From positions 3,906,001 through 3,970,000 of the forward strand of contig JAYWIR010000007.1 of the NCBI GenBank assembly GCA_036172245.1: DNA of 64,000 bases. Reading direction: 5' to 3'. This document shows positions 35,940 through 49,300 of this stretch, in pieces. A model generated the notes under the pieces. It did no database searches, was not told the origin of the DNA, and saw only the letters and a list, made by a program, of their open reading frames with translations. Made by a program: the position numbers and the translations under genes. The stretch is from Raillietiella orientalis (Eukaryota). The first letter of the stretch is position 1. Every line of letters starts with the position of its first letter.

Positions 35940-37900
35940 GGGAGTTTATTTTCATAAACCAATAGGGAAGAAAAGTTCCCAACCGCAGAATACTAGATGC
36001 AAAGGGCCTCCGCTTTGTCCGACCACCGACAGGCAGGCCGGGAAAACGAGATGTCCGGAACGGGTGAGGGACAAGGGGACAAAAAAAAACAAAAGAAATG
36101 ACATTGGGTTGGTTGTGGTAGGGATCTTGGGACTCGCTCCGCACACACCGGGAACCAGTCAAAGAAAGAAAAAATACCGGGAAATTTGCGGAGCGATCAG
36201 GCACAGGGAATGAAGAAAAAAAGGAATTCAATGAATAAGGGAAGGTAGGGGGCTAGGATCACCAGGATCCACCGTTCCTACTCACTTGAAAACCGGCAAT
36301 CTATGCCGGCGCTCTCCTCATTCGTTTTCTCGTTAAGCTGATGCCAGCTAGCAACTGCACCGATTTAGGTGGATGCCATCTCGGTGACATCCCTTCGCCG
36401 CCTGGTGGTCTCCAGCACATTTCCGTCTGTGACGATGGTGCGTATGCAACCTATGGATGCGATCACCGCGCCAGTCGTTTGTCCTTTCGGTGCGAAGAAC
36501 CTCCGCAGCACATCTCGAGCGGTGTCCTCCTGGTGCAGCAGTGCTTCTGCCAGCCTCCGCCATGTTTCATGAAGGACACCGCAGTCTAAAAGCAGGTGCG
36601 GGAACGACTCCAGCGACCCGCACCTGCCACAGTTTGGGGAAACCATCCCACGGGAAACACGATGCCGTCGCTCGTTGCAATCCCCAGTGCACGAACAGCA
36701 GCACGTCCTGTTTCCAACTAAGTGGAAACACTGATGTGTAAACACAGTTTGGCGCGATCAATAACACGTCCGGGGCAATGTCTAACAGTTCGCCCCACCG
36801 AACAAGCAGTTGTGCGCGGAGTAGCAGCATCGACCAACTGGCGCGTGTTCCAGCCACACAGGAGTTTTTCAGTTCCTGCTATAGTGTAGGGAATCTCCCA
36901 TCTCGCAGGTAGGCTTACTGTCTTCTCTTGCCCTGAGGGCAGACAGCGCTGCGGCAAGGGGGGTGGCGGCTATGGTGGACCACTTCGCGACGTCCCCGGT
37001 TATCAGGTGCGCCCTTCTCACGTCTGCCTCGTCCAGCCAATCTCGCTGCAGGCCTTCGAAGAACGCAGTGGGTACAGCGACGTACAGCCCCAAAGCGAGA
37101 GCGACCCTCGGCGATGGTTGCTTATTGACCGGGGCTGTTTCCCGTGTTCGGGCTGCTCGCCTGTCTCCCATTCATTGCCTGACTCGCGGTCTCGTACAAA
37201 TCCGGTGACCAGGAGCTTCCATTGCCTTGCTTGCCCGCTTTGGGAATGGGTGCTGCAGTCTGGCTGCCGCTTTTCCGTTCCAGGAAGCGGGAAACCGCGT
37301 CTTCCTGTACTCTGCCTTGCATGAATTCCGAGCACATTTCACGGAATCGTGGGGGCTGCCTTCCCTCGTACGCGTAATCATTCCTGTGTGAAGAGAAGCG
37401 CAGTTTCAGTTTCCATCCGCCACCAAGAACGTGCGCGCTCTTGGAACAGGAGGCACCGCTGCAGCTGGAATCGGTGACCCCGTTGGAAACGGAGCTCCGT
37501 CTTTCAGTTGCTCTTCCTGGTTTGCATCTGGCTGCCTTCCTCGTGCGAGATTCGTGTCCCGTGCATTTTCATTTTTTGCCATTTCGTTGCGTGCAGGTTG
37601 CTTCCTAAGAGGAATGTCCTTAGCGATGCGCATCTCTAGCAGTGCTCGTCACTTCCTGGACCTCTGTTGCACGAGCCCGAATTTTTTCCGATGTTTTCCC
37701 TTTCTTGCACACAGTGTTCGCCATGTTCCCTTTTGCGACACGCGAGCTTTTCGAACCGTGACACGCGCCCTCACCTCCGTTTGCGGATATGTTGCGGGAA
37801 TCCGGATGCTGGCAGCAAAGAAAGCATTTGCGGGAAGCGTTCAGGGAACCGCGCAACCGCTCCAATGCGTGCAGAGGTCAGGCGTGTTTTCGACGCCGGA
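35940..37900 (-). mobile_element. Second LINE relic: possible ORF1 knuckle remnant, ORF2 C-terminus and 3' UTR
   Basis: KCFLCCQH...ACHG...GNMANTVC (37.7-37.85 kb, degenerate knuckles); SPNCGRCGSLESFPHLLLDCGVLHETW (zf-RVT, ~36.56-36.65 kb); T-rich tail on minus with AATAAA near 35945-35950. Confidence 0.75.
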
Positions 37901-39201
37901 TGAACGAACGAAAATGCGAAACGAAGGTCGTGGGAGATGAGACAGGCGTCATCACGTCCTGCAACCCATCGACGTTCCGATCTGGCTGTTTCGGAGGATA
38001 TGTTCGTGGCTTCGTGCGAGCAGTCCCACCCCATCGTCTATCCCCCACACAGCAAGAAGAATTTCTACCATCAGTTCACCCACCATTATGTGATTCACGT
38101 GCTTAACTATCTACTCCTTGAAAACATCCTCAACGATGCGCTCCATGGAAGTTGAAAATCATCCAAATCGCATTTTGGATGACGATATCTCTTTCGCAAG
38201 AAGAAATTTTTCATTTTAATTAACAGGAAGTATCAATTGTGGCAATCGATCCGTGATTCACTTACCTATCAAGATAGCTTCATTGACCTCTCATTCTTGG
38301 CCAGTGACGTTACCATTTCATGTTTCATGTCTTCTTCAAAGAAAGATTCTGTTTCCTCCTCTTTCGGCTGTTGTATCAATTTCTACAGTCGTCGTTTTCG
38401 TTAGACCTACACTACTATTTCACTACAATACTTCGCTCCCTTCCCCTTTCGAATTTGAACTCGATCCCAAAATCAATGCACGCTTCCCATTTTTCTGTCC
38501 CATTCTCCTTCACCACTAAAGATTTCTTTATCTTTGATAGTGAACTGTGTGCTATCCTTCCTCTGCCTTGTTCACCCTTACCTTATTCGCTTCCCATGGA
38601 CATTGCACTGGCATCATTAGTCTTCCTTCTGATCCTGAGATCGGAAATTCAATTGTGTAACGGACCTATTCCATCAGAGTTCAGAGACATCGAGTGAGGA
38701 CGCAAATAATTGGCACTTCAGGTTCAACCTACGTCTTCCTCAACCAGCTCTGTATTTGAAATTTCAATCAGCAACAATCCAATAAAAAAAATTTTAGATG
38801 CGGAAGTAATGATTGCAGGCAAATAAACATCGAGATTTTTAATGAATGTTGAATTTATTCAATACTCACCGAAAAAGTGGAGTTTCACGAGGTGAAAATT
38901 CTGCTGCTACCCTAAATCATTCCGACAACACAGTAAACGGGTAGTGGGGTCACAGACATCACTTTCTTCAAGGCTAGTTGTCTCGAAAGAATCTGCAAAT
39001 TCCAGTCGTGGAAACACCAAAATGACAGTCCAAACTATAAATGCTCACCGAATCATCTCACAGCAAATATATTCTTATGGTTATGCGATTTTTCGTGAAT
39101 GTGAAAGCACACGCCAAGCCTGCTGCGGAATCTGCAACGTGTTGTGCTGGTAACCCTGAAAATCACCGAGTGAATTTCGGAAGAGCATCTTGAAGAGTAA
39201 A

Positions 39202-40350
39202 ATGGCTATAAGGAGTCAATTCGAAAACAGCTCAGAAGTTGGAGTTTTTTCTAAATTGACTTCCACGTACTGCCTGGTTGCAATAGCAGGATCTGAGCAC
39301 TATTTTAGGTACGTGTTTTTAGGTACTATTTAGGTACCGCTTTTTTCTTCCTCCTCAAAAAGCCTCTTTCAAGTGTAATGGCGTTGCTGTTTGTAGCACG
39401 TTGGAGGCCGAACTGGCAGATGTTATTCCTGTTATTCATGCGTCTATTGCAGGCTGCCGAATAATTGGGAGGCTGGCAGTTGGTAACTTTGATCCTATAT
39501 GAAGCAAAAGAATCACATTTCAGGTAATCGGCGTGGTTTGTTGGTACCCAATGGTACTACGGACCAAGAACTGCAACATCTTAGGAATTCACTTCCCGAT
39601 GACGTCAAAATTCAGCGAATTGAGGAAAGGTTATCGGCCCTAGGAAACGTAATCGCATGTAATGATTACGTAGCCTTGGTTCATCCCGATATCGACAGGG
39701 TACGCTTTTGTCAAGAGAAAACGGTTGAATTTGTTTTGCCTAACTTGCTATCGAATGCAGGAAACTGAAGAGATACTAACGGATACCCTCAGTGTGGAAG
39801 TGTTCCGTCATTCGCTTGCTGACCAAGTACTTGTGGGTTCATATTGTGCTTTGAGCAATCAAGGAGGATTACTGCACCCACGAACATCAGTTGAGGACCA
39901 AAATGAATTATCCGCTTTGTTGCAAATACCATTGATAGTAAGTATGAGAACCTTCGGTGTTTTCAGCCTGCCAGGGAGCAGCAGCATCGGATTAATGATG
40001 CCATGCTACTTACTGTTCTCTATCACTGTGCATTACATGTGTACTTTTGTTGTTTACATATTGGATTTTGCATAGTTTCTTTTTTGAAAAAAACCTGTGT
40101 GCATTCAGGCTGGAACAGTAAACAGAGGTTCCGAAGTGATTGGAGCAGGTATGATCGTTAACGATTGGTTTGCAGTTTGTGGTATTGATACTACTGCCAC
40201 CGAGATATCAGTCATTGAGAATGTATTTCGATTGAGTGAAAATCATCCCACAGCAATAACCACCAAAATGAGATCTTCTCTCGTTGAAAGGTAAAAAAGA
40301 AAAGCTGAAATTTCTACTCACACGTGCACTGGTTGCTTAGTCTTGCTTGA
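39202..40350 (+). CDS. EIF6: Eukaryotic translation initiation factor 6 (6 exons)
   Basis: Exons 39202-39308, 39397-39482, 39524-39699, 39761-39937, 40109-40290, 40341-40350 with GT-AG introns give [20 protein letters not shown]...GNRRGLLVP...[22 protein letters not shown]...[14 protein letters not shown]...RSSLVESLA*. Confidence 0.96.
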
Positions 40351-40515
40351 GCAACAAATGGAAGTTCCACTTTCATAAGGAAGTGTCTGTTAATGGAGTA
40401 CAGTGAGACTCCAGGTGATCATACTTAAAATGGCACCAAAGGATGGCAACTTTTATTCGGTAATCAATCATTCAAACTAAGAATAAAGTGCTTTCAAAGC
40501 ATACACGTAAAAATA

Positions 40516-41540
40516 TTAAGTGAAATTGAATGGAGAACGAGAAAAATGTTGAGAGCCAGCTGCACGTAACAAGGGGAAAGTGTGGACCACCTGAAAATTT
40601 GCTGTGGAAGGAGTTATTCCCTTTGCTGATGGAATTTGTTGATTGAAAGCAAGGGGAGAATGTTGGTTTGAGGTGGGAGGAGTTTTGATGAGAGTAATGC
40701 GCCCAGGAGTGAGAGCATCTGCATGGGTACTCTACAACAAGCATTACAGGAATTCTTCTTTCGAGACATCAACAGTTACCTGCATCTTCATTGCTGATTC
40801 AAAACTAGTGTGACAGGATAATGGTTTGGGAGAACTAGCTGGATGGCAAGGACTGATTTGGGAAGGTGAAATGTCTTGTTTCTCGAGAAGACCCTCAAGA
40901 TGCTTGGTGTAAGAAGTCAGTTTATCGAGTAGTTGCTTCATCTTTTGGTATTCTCTAAATTTGAGTGGTCAGCTGAAGTTGACAGTACTACTACTCTACC
41001 TTTCTAATTGCTGCTTTTCCTTCTGAATGCGCTCATAACTTTGCAGGATAACATCGAATTTTGATTTCTACAAAGACAGTCTGTGATTTGATAGAGGATC
41101 CTTGTAAATATTACTTGTTCTTGTTGACACTTCATGAGTTTATTTCTGTGTTGCTGCTGGAATTCCAGCACCTGCTGAATCTGTGGGAGATTGGATTTTA
41201 ACAAATCCAGTGGTGAAGTGAAGAAGGTTTTTACTTTAGGAAATTTCTTTTTGGGAGTGCGTGAAAAGGAGGAGCAGCGTTCTCAATACTCACAGTGAGA
41301 TTGTCTTTGTTAAGTACAATGAAAGTACATTTGGAATTACATGCTAAGCAGCTTTCCGATTTATTTGCTGATGGATGATGATAATCAACATATTAAAAAA
41401 AAGCATTCAATTTACGGCAATCACACACCTTTGCTTAAGCAACCTTCACAAAGTATGTGACCACAGCTGGAAAACGAATATGTCACCGGTTGCCCTCTTA
41501 AAGACTGGACACCACATTTATTACAGTGAACCCAATCCAT
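40516..41540 (-). CDS. RNF212: RNF212/Zip3/ZHP-3-family meiotic RING-finger protein (~6 exons)
   Basis: MDWVHCNKC...SFSSCGHILCEGC (41540-41429), CLACNSKCTFIVL (exon 2), KTFFTSPLDLL...QVLEFQQQHRNKL, coiled coil, S/P-rich tail with PGRITLIKTPP. GT-AG introns in consistent phase; one acceptor and the last exon are uncertain. Confidence 0.85.
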
Positions 41541-41772
41541 TTCAATGTGTCCACCAAACCGTTAGATTTCAAATGTACCTCTGTAAGGCATCAGCAAGTA
41601 AATAACACATGGATTAGGAAAAACACATGGATTTTGGGAAACTAGCTAACAAATGCATAACGTTCTCCGCTTTCAGAACATTTCCTTTGTAGATTTAGGA
41701 CACATGGCATTTGGGCAACACAAACTAAAAGGCAAAATGAAACTGGGCAATCGAAAATGCCAGTTTTATTTA

Positions 41773-42929
41773 TCATATCTCGGAAGGGCACTTACTGATA
41801 TACGAGGAATCAAAGAACACAATAGTGATTGTGATGTCATCTCGAAATGCTCTCACTAAATCTTCTGGAAAGCTTAGGAGTTGTGAAACTCTCGCATTGT
41901 CTAGTCCATAATCTGTGGAACTCAAAGCATGACGTATCAGATGTGTTGCTGCATTAGCATCAATTGGTTTTTTTTGTAAGGCTTCTTGTCTTTGCACCAA
42001 GAGTTGTTCCACTTGTTTCAGCGTCAAAGTTTTCTGAGGTAAGACTAGGGGGTTGAGAGCTGTTCTGCCACACATGTGTTCTCCAATCAGAGCCACCACT
42101 TCTGCAGGTGTGAGAAATTCCCAAAAACCATCTGTTCCCAATATGAGAAATTTATCTTTGGCAGTTAGTCGATGATAGGTAACTTCAGGTTGTGCACTCA
42201 GATAAGGAGGTGTGTGGTAATGTGGTGGTATGATGCTTGGACTGCACATTGGCACGAACAATTTATTTTGCAAATTCACATTCCACTTATATCGGAAATC
42301 ACCAAAGGCTCTCAGAGGACTCAACTGACCAAGTAATCTTCCATCATGAATGATTGTATGACTTTCTGATGCAGGATGTTCATGAAACAGGCGATGCATT
42401 TCTTTGGCATTTTCGTGATTATGCTCATTGGTTAATTTTTTTGCCACCCAGTGATTCGCATCAGTTTCCTGGCCAAGCACAGCTTGGCAATCACCCACAT
42501 TACCTACATGCAAGTGGGTACCATCAATGTGTGCTACACAACCAACACAACCAGACAAGGCCACAGCCATGGGAATCATCTGATTTGCTGCTTCTCTAGA
42601 GAGGTCATCATCCAATCTCAGAAATGCCTTCTCAAATGCATCCTGAGTGCTTACATTGCTGAACTTTGTTCTTAATTCTTTTAAATATGCATGAAAACTT
42701 TTTTTGTAAAGGTTTTCCAGATGTTTATCAGTGTTGTCCATGACATAAGATGTGTACACTTCCAATAGATTCAATTCTTCTACTGAATTGACTTGATCAA
42801 TTTTTCGAATGCATTCATCCAAAGCATCTTTGCAAAGCAGTGAGGTAGCAACATAGTGCATCAACCTTTTGGTAACCACTTCAACACAATTATTTCCACC
42901 ATGCCCATCAAAAACTCCAAAAAGCAAAC
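41773..42929 (-). CDS. PDP1: Pyruvate dehydrogenase phosphatase catalytic subunit (PP2C family), main exon; 5' exon(s) not located
   Basis: 384-aa open frame with LFGVFDGHGG, HVGNVGDCQAVLG, RLLGQLSPLRAFGDFRYKW, TPPYLSAQPEV, DKFLILGTDG, NAATHLIRHAL, RDDITITIVFF; preceded by a TTGCAG splice acceptor. Confidence 0.93.
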
Positions 42930-43649
42930 CTGCAATAAACCATAATCACCGAATCCCACAACAGATAGAACCTACTAAACAAGATCAAAGCTCGGTTTGC
43001 TACTATTCTTTAACTACAACTTTGAAATTCATTCATGCTGAGGGAGATAGTCATTTTTTTCAAGAATCCTGCTGAACTTGATTGTTCTTCAGTTTGTTTT
43101 GCAATGCACGCGTGTTAAGAGAACTAGAAAACTCACATGCACCACATGAAATGAAATGCAAAAGTACATCTGATGCATAAAGTATTGGGTTAGATTCTAG
43201 AAATGCATGGAAGCTCATTTTTCTCGGTGCTGATATCACTACAGAGCAATCAACCTGTAATACCTTTGCAATTGCACGAAAAAGCCAATCAATTGCAGAG
43301 ATTCCGTCAAGAATACGAGGAACCTGCTCGAAAATATCATTTTGTGAAGGAAGGTCGAAATACAGAAAAACAAAAAGTTACGTGCGACTGTGCAAATCTT
43401 GAAACTGAATTCTGCACTCTCAGGGAGTGCATGTTTTCATCACGCTCACTGACCAATGATGATTCTGCACATCATTCATCGGAAAAAGGAATGGACATTT
43501 CGAAATCAAATCAGAATACACAAAGTGGTGGTTGTGTGCCACTCGATTCGTGCACTGTGACGGTGCCCCGACTACTAGGAATTGTCATTGCACTTCATGC
43601 AGGAAGAAACGCGATGGAGGGAACCAACGAAATACGTTCTGTACCATTT

Positions 43650-44750
43650 GTGGCTCGTTCAAGGAAAACAAAATGCACATACACACCTGAACACACACGA
43701 GAAAACCTCCTTACCGGTGGTATACCGACAACGGGATTCTACATGTCGATCTTCTGGGGGAATGTTGGATGGAAGGAGGTTGCTTTCGAATGATTTCACC
43801 GACTCGCAATATAAATCTTTGCTGAATTCATTGGCTGCCAGTATGTCTGTCACCTGGGAAAAGGCTCCGCTTACTGCACATGCTTGGAAGGATCACGGAC
43901 AGTAAGAAACCCGATCGGGGCATACCTGACCAGGGGACAGCCTTGGTGTTGGGAATGCACGTCTGCACAAACACCTCGCACTGCCAAAGCTCATTCGAAG
44001 CCTCGCCATTCCTGAGAGACGACACTTTTCACGGACGCACCACGGCGACGGACACGATGCTGTGATGCTGGAAATTGTGGAAAAGGAAAGAGAAAACTTC
44101 ACGCTCTCGACCTTCCTTGTTGCGGGGGTCGCACGAGAAAGTGTTGACGGTGCACGTTTTCCCTCGCAAGTACGGACGCCTCCGTGTACATTCGAAGCAT
44201 CTCCCTGCTTTCCGTACTCAGCCACGTCTCTTTGCCTCCCCCGTGCAAACCACTCGAAGACGTTCGTCTCCAAAGCCCGCAGTTGCCGCGTCGGCAAAAA
44301 TTGCACCCGCGGTGAGGAATGATGGGAACCACCTGCATGCAGAATCCGGGTCCACCGGGATGTGCAGGGAAGCTGGAATTTGGGGGGGATAGGTCAGGTG
44401 GGAGCGCGGATTTTTCGTTCCTGGAGATCCCGCATTGCGAGAAAACCAAAGAGAAGCAAATGTAATCCTGGAGAAGAAAAGTCTTGGACAAAGATACGGC
44501 ACGGGAAGAATGCGATCGGATAAAGTACTGTGGAGAGCACATGAAAGACAGATGAAAGCAAGATGCAACCTGGGAAAGATTTTCCAGAGTCGCATTTTGA
44601 AATGGACGACCAATCCTTCATTCCAGTTATGGCGATGTCTGAATTTTCGTCGCAAGGGAGCTGAAGTGGAAGCAGACTCCTGCATGTCGAGGGATGCAGA
44701 AAAGAGCAGTTTGAGGAATTCTGCAAGACTGCGACTCAATCGTGACTCAG
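43650..44750 (-). mobile_element. Heavily decayed LINE RT fragment
   Basis: MKDWSSISKCD / WKIFPRL (domain 2-like, ~44.6 kb), NGEASNE and HQGCPL (domain 4-like, ~43.93-44.01 kb), in the expected order but in different frames. Confidence 0.55.
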
Positions 44751-46313
44751 AAGAAAAGAAAAAAGTGGTGGACCGAAATGCTTTCTTGTGCCCCTTGCAT
44801 CATGAGTTCGAAACCAAAGAGTGTGGTTGAAAGAAGTGCATGTATTCGATGCATTTGATTTGAATGTTTGGAAGAATGCATTTCATTACAGCTGATTGAG
44901 TTGCCGTGAGAACTATTTTAACTTTGAGATTCAACTGAGAAAAGCGACCGCGGGGAAGTTTGTATTGCCACTGTAAATTTTTCTGTAATTTTTCTTTTTC
45001 TACTTAAGCTTTTTGCAAGGTTTGATTTTGTGTCACCCTTGTACCAGTTTTGGAATCGAGAATTTTTTCCGAAACAATTGACTTTTAATGATTTGAAAAT
45101 ACAAAGCTTTGACGCTTTGTGAGGACTCCTCTTGGTTTCAGGTGCTACTGCTCATTTTATTTGAAAAATTATCAGTTTATGCTGTTTGCATTCTTCAATA
45201 TGTGATTTTTTATTTGTTTCTGGTAGAATAATGATCCATTCGTATTTTTCTGTGTTTGTCATCTCAACATTATTGTGATGCTCGTTCTTCTTTAGTGTTC
45301 ATGATTCTTTTTCTTCCTTATTATTCAAGTTGTGATTCTTCGATCAAAGGACATTTGTTTTTCTTGGCATATGTTGTAATTCTTGCAATCCATGGATTGT
45401 GCGCTTTAAAAACTTTGTTAGTTTTGATATGTATCGTGGATAGTGACTCTGTAGTACATTTCTAGGAAGATGGTTCGGTACTTTTGGATGCACATATACT
45501 CAAAACGTTCGTTTTCGATTCGCGATTATGGATTTCATTTTTAGGAAATATCCTCAAAGTAAACCATCAAATTTGCCACACGTATGTGAATGATGTGTAC
45601 CTCTTTAATGAACAAAACGATGGAACACAGAAACTAGCACCATTAAGAAGCCGACCAATCTGGAGACACATTTGTCATAAATGTAAGAACACTCTTCATA
45701 CTACGTTGCCCACTGGCACTACATGTACATATTTTGACCATCCGTGATACTATGAGCACCGAAACATAAGGCAAAAGGCACCCAGGATTACCGCTTCCCG
45801 TCCACTGGAAGTTCCCAAATGTATGGCGATCCTACGCATTCCTTGGTTGCGCAGCGAGATTCGCTCTTCGGAGAAACCAACGCAATGACCTACAGGATGA
45901 GCACCAACTTTGGAGCGCTCACCCTTCGAGTTGGAAATCTGGCTGACCCAGCAGAGGTTATTTTATAAGAATCGAACCACACTCATCGTGCGGAAAGAGT
46001 GCCCTAAAAAGGCGAGAAGGAACGATAGGATGAAAGAAAGCTGCTCACTTCTGTGACTGTTTCAGGGAACAGAAAGCAATTCAAGACTAGAAAAAAATGG
46101 TTTAAAGGGCACAAGAGTTTAGGTGCATCACAAGGACCGTGCACTCTGCCGGGTATACAAGGCATCGTCCAACATTATAAACTGATCACTGCAGAACGAA
46201 GTTGTCGATATGTGTGTTTCTTCGTGATGCACCACAAAAGTGAAATGATGGATATGAAGTCCGGCGCACTCTGAATAGGAAAACTCGAACGTTTAGCGTC
46301 TCACTACAGTGTC

Positions 46314-49300
46314 TCAGACGCGAAGGCTGTCTTCTACGAGCGCTTCCACGCTCATCTTCTTTAATATGATGTTATTAGCCGCTCCCTCGATCGTTTCGAA
46401 ATCAACATTTGGGAAGGTTTTCCAGAATCCTGTCTTCTGGGACCACAACCGATTGTGCGGGCTTCTGATACCGTGCAGAATTCTCGCCACGTCGAATCCC
46501 GACCACGTTTTGTCCTCCATGTGCCTGTCAAGGAATTGCTTCACAGCAAGTTCAAGTTCCTTTTCGACCTGAAAAACGCATTGAGAATCGGACTTCTTCT
46601 CTATCCGCTTGCAAACCTCGGGTTCATTTGCCCCGACGTCTCGAAGAACCGCGGCTCGAACATCTTGCTCGACGTACTGAGACGACAGGGCTTCCAAGTG
46701 GATGGCCGATGTCCTGAGGAACAGAAGTCGGTTTGCCAAGATCACCAGTCTCCGAACTCACTTGGAGCACGCCGCAAGGAAAAAGGATAGCAAGTGAAAT
46801 CTCAGACCCAACAGGTGCATCGCCGAGGCGTAAACGTCATCCAGCAGCGTATCCAATTCGCTTCCCCCCATCTGCTCTTCCACGTGCACGCAGAAGCTCC
46901 AGTCGGAGAAACGTACGTTAATGCGGTGCTGCTTTGACAATTTCCACAGGAGGTCACGAACCACGAACGGCTCGAACCCCATCACGTCGGCAACGCTTGC
47001 AACGCTGATGGACGCCTGCCTCCGGATCCTTTTATTCAAACGGAGAGTCCCACTCAGGAAAGAACTCTGGGTCATCGCTTTAGTGTCCGCACGAACCACG
47101 AGGCCACTTACGTTCTCCAGAATATCTCGGATATTTTTCGTCCCTGAGTAATCTGTCAGTATGCACGTGGCGTATAAACACCGCTGCAACGACACTTTTG
47201 AGGTCGGGTGCTGTGACAACAGCAGCAGTAACATTTCTATTGTTTCCTGGTTCAAATCCAACTTCTGCTGCAGCTCGCTGGCGGACAACGTTTTGTAATA
47301 ACCCTTTGATCCTGAGGTTGTAGAACGTTTGGGAGGCGAGAACACCGCCTCCAGCAATTTGCGAATCATGAGACGGGTAGTCCTGTGTGCGTTAATCTCC
47401 CTCTTCAGTTCGAAGACAGCATCATCCTGCAAACTTTCACTAAAAGCCTGGCAACTGATCTCATCTACCTGATCGGCGCACAACACGCAACACTCTGCTT
47501 GGCACTCCTTCGTATCGAGCATCGATATATGGGACACGAAACTATCGAATCCCAAAGGCATATCGTAAAACACCAGGTACCTCACCCCGTAGTAGCACAG
47601 ACCAACAGTGAAAGAGACACTTGCTACAAGGATGTGAATCTGCCCTAAAATTGCTCCAAGGATGCCGAAGCGCCTGCGGAAATGCAACCAAGGTTACCCT
47701 TCTGTAATCTGTCCTCCACCTGCCGGCGGTGATCCGACGACGATTGCTCATGGTACGTTTCCAGAATGGGCTTCTTCATCGACGCGTTGCAGCCCTGGAA
47801 GCAACGACAGCGTCGGCTCAAGTCAACAAAACTCGACTCGCACCTCCAGAAAAAAGTGGATCACAAGTGCCACTCGCTTACAGCTCTGGGACTGCGAACA
47901 GCAAATCAGCATGGGAAAAGAGACATTCTTTTGGATCAATTCAGTCAGTTTCTGAAATGGGAACCACTTCCAGGTGGTTTACTCCTCCGAAGCAACTTAC
48001 TTTTTCTTTCTCGGAAGTACGCACGGCATTCACCACGAGGCTGTTGTACTCTTCCTGATATTTCACCGTGGCAACATGCGAATCGGCATCGCCAGCGGCA
48101 ATGCTCTTCCGAATTTCGGCAACCCCCGACGACGTCACGCAGGCGCACAGCGCTAAGATCGGCACGCCCAAGGATTGCCGAACGAACTAGCGATGCAAAT
48201 CATTAACAAGACACATAGCGTACGTTCTGTCATGAACATGAATTCAAAGTTTAGAAATGACAGCCTCTTTCACACGTTCGATTCGCGGCACATTTCATAA
48301 AATGTGCCCCTATTCTCTTCCAAAGAGGAGGATTGATATCGACGGGTGTGATATCGATGAATGATTTTCGAAGCCTACTTATTTAAGGAGTCTGCGAAGA
48401 AATTTCCAGGCGTACAGATTATCGTTATTTTCTTTGATTTTATTCGCTGTAAATCGATGAACTTATCTCGTTACACAACCACATGCAAAAACCGAAATCT
48501 AGGGAAAGGAAATCGCCATTTCTCCAGCAAATATGGGTGAATTCACCCTTATTTGCTTTGCGCGGAAGCAAGCATGCAAGACTCCTGCAGTTGACCGGAG
48601 GCAACTGCGAGGCTCTTTGCAAAAGGGCCTCCCAGTTGTGTTTTTGAAGGAACCTTTTCGACCGAATGGAATCGGGTAGAAACATGCACTCCTTTCTTCC
48701 TAGTGATTACCTGCACAAAATGCCAGTAGATCGGATGGAAATTGAGAGAAGACATGGTCAAACACTGCGCTTCGGGAACGCACACGAAGGCTATTTTCTG
48801 ACCAATCTCCAGCAAATTGTTCACTTGGTGCAAAAAGGTCTTTGGAGTAATGTAGAGGATGGACGCACATCCTTTCTTGAGCATTTTTAGCATTCTATGT
48901 TGCTCACTCCATGTCATTTCTTCATGGAGGAATATGCCCTTTAGGAAGTTGGGTAATTCCCTCACCTAGAACGCATGGAAGTGATTTGGCAGGTGAAAAT
49001 TTCAACTTACCTCTTTTTCCATTTTGGAAATCAAGGAAGTGACAACAACAGTCAAGGCCTTGCATTTCTGGTAAAAAAGATGCGCACATGCTTGATAACA
49101 CAATTGCTGACTCCGAACACAATTATTGATCAAAAGTGTACTGGAACCACTCAGAATTCGATAAAGTACTTGTTCATGATGTGGACGAACACCAACACCA
49201 GAAGCTATTTCCATCATGGATAATGAACAATCAGCTGAAATGATTACAAATTTCAAGTTAGACACACAAGTCAGTCTGGTCCATTGCTGCACAAATTCAA

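Noticed and set aside
43203..43793. 196-aa plus-strand ORF
   Set aside because: No recognisable domain, and it partly overlaps the antisense of a LINE relic.
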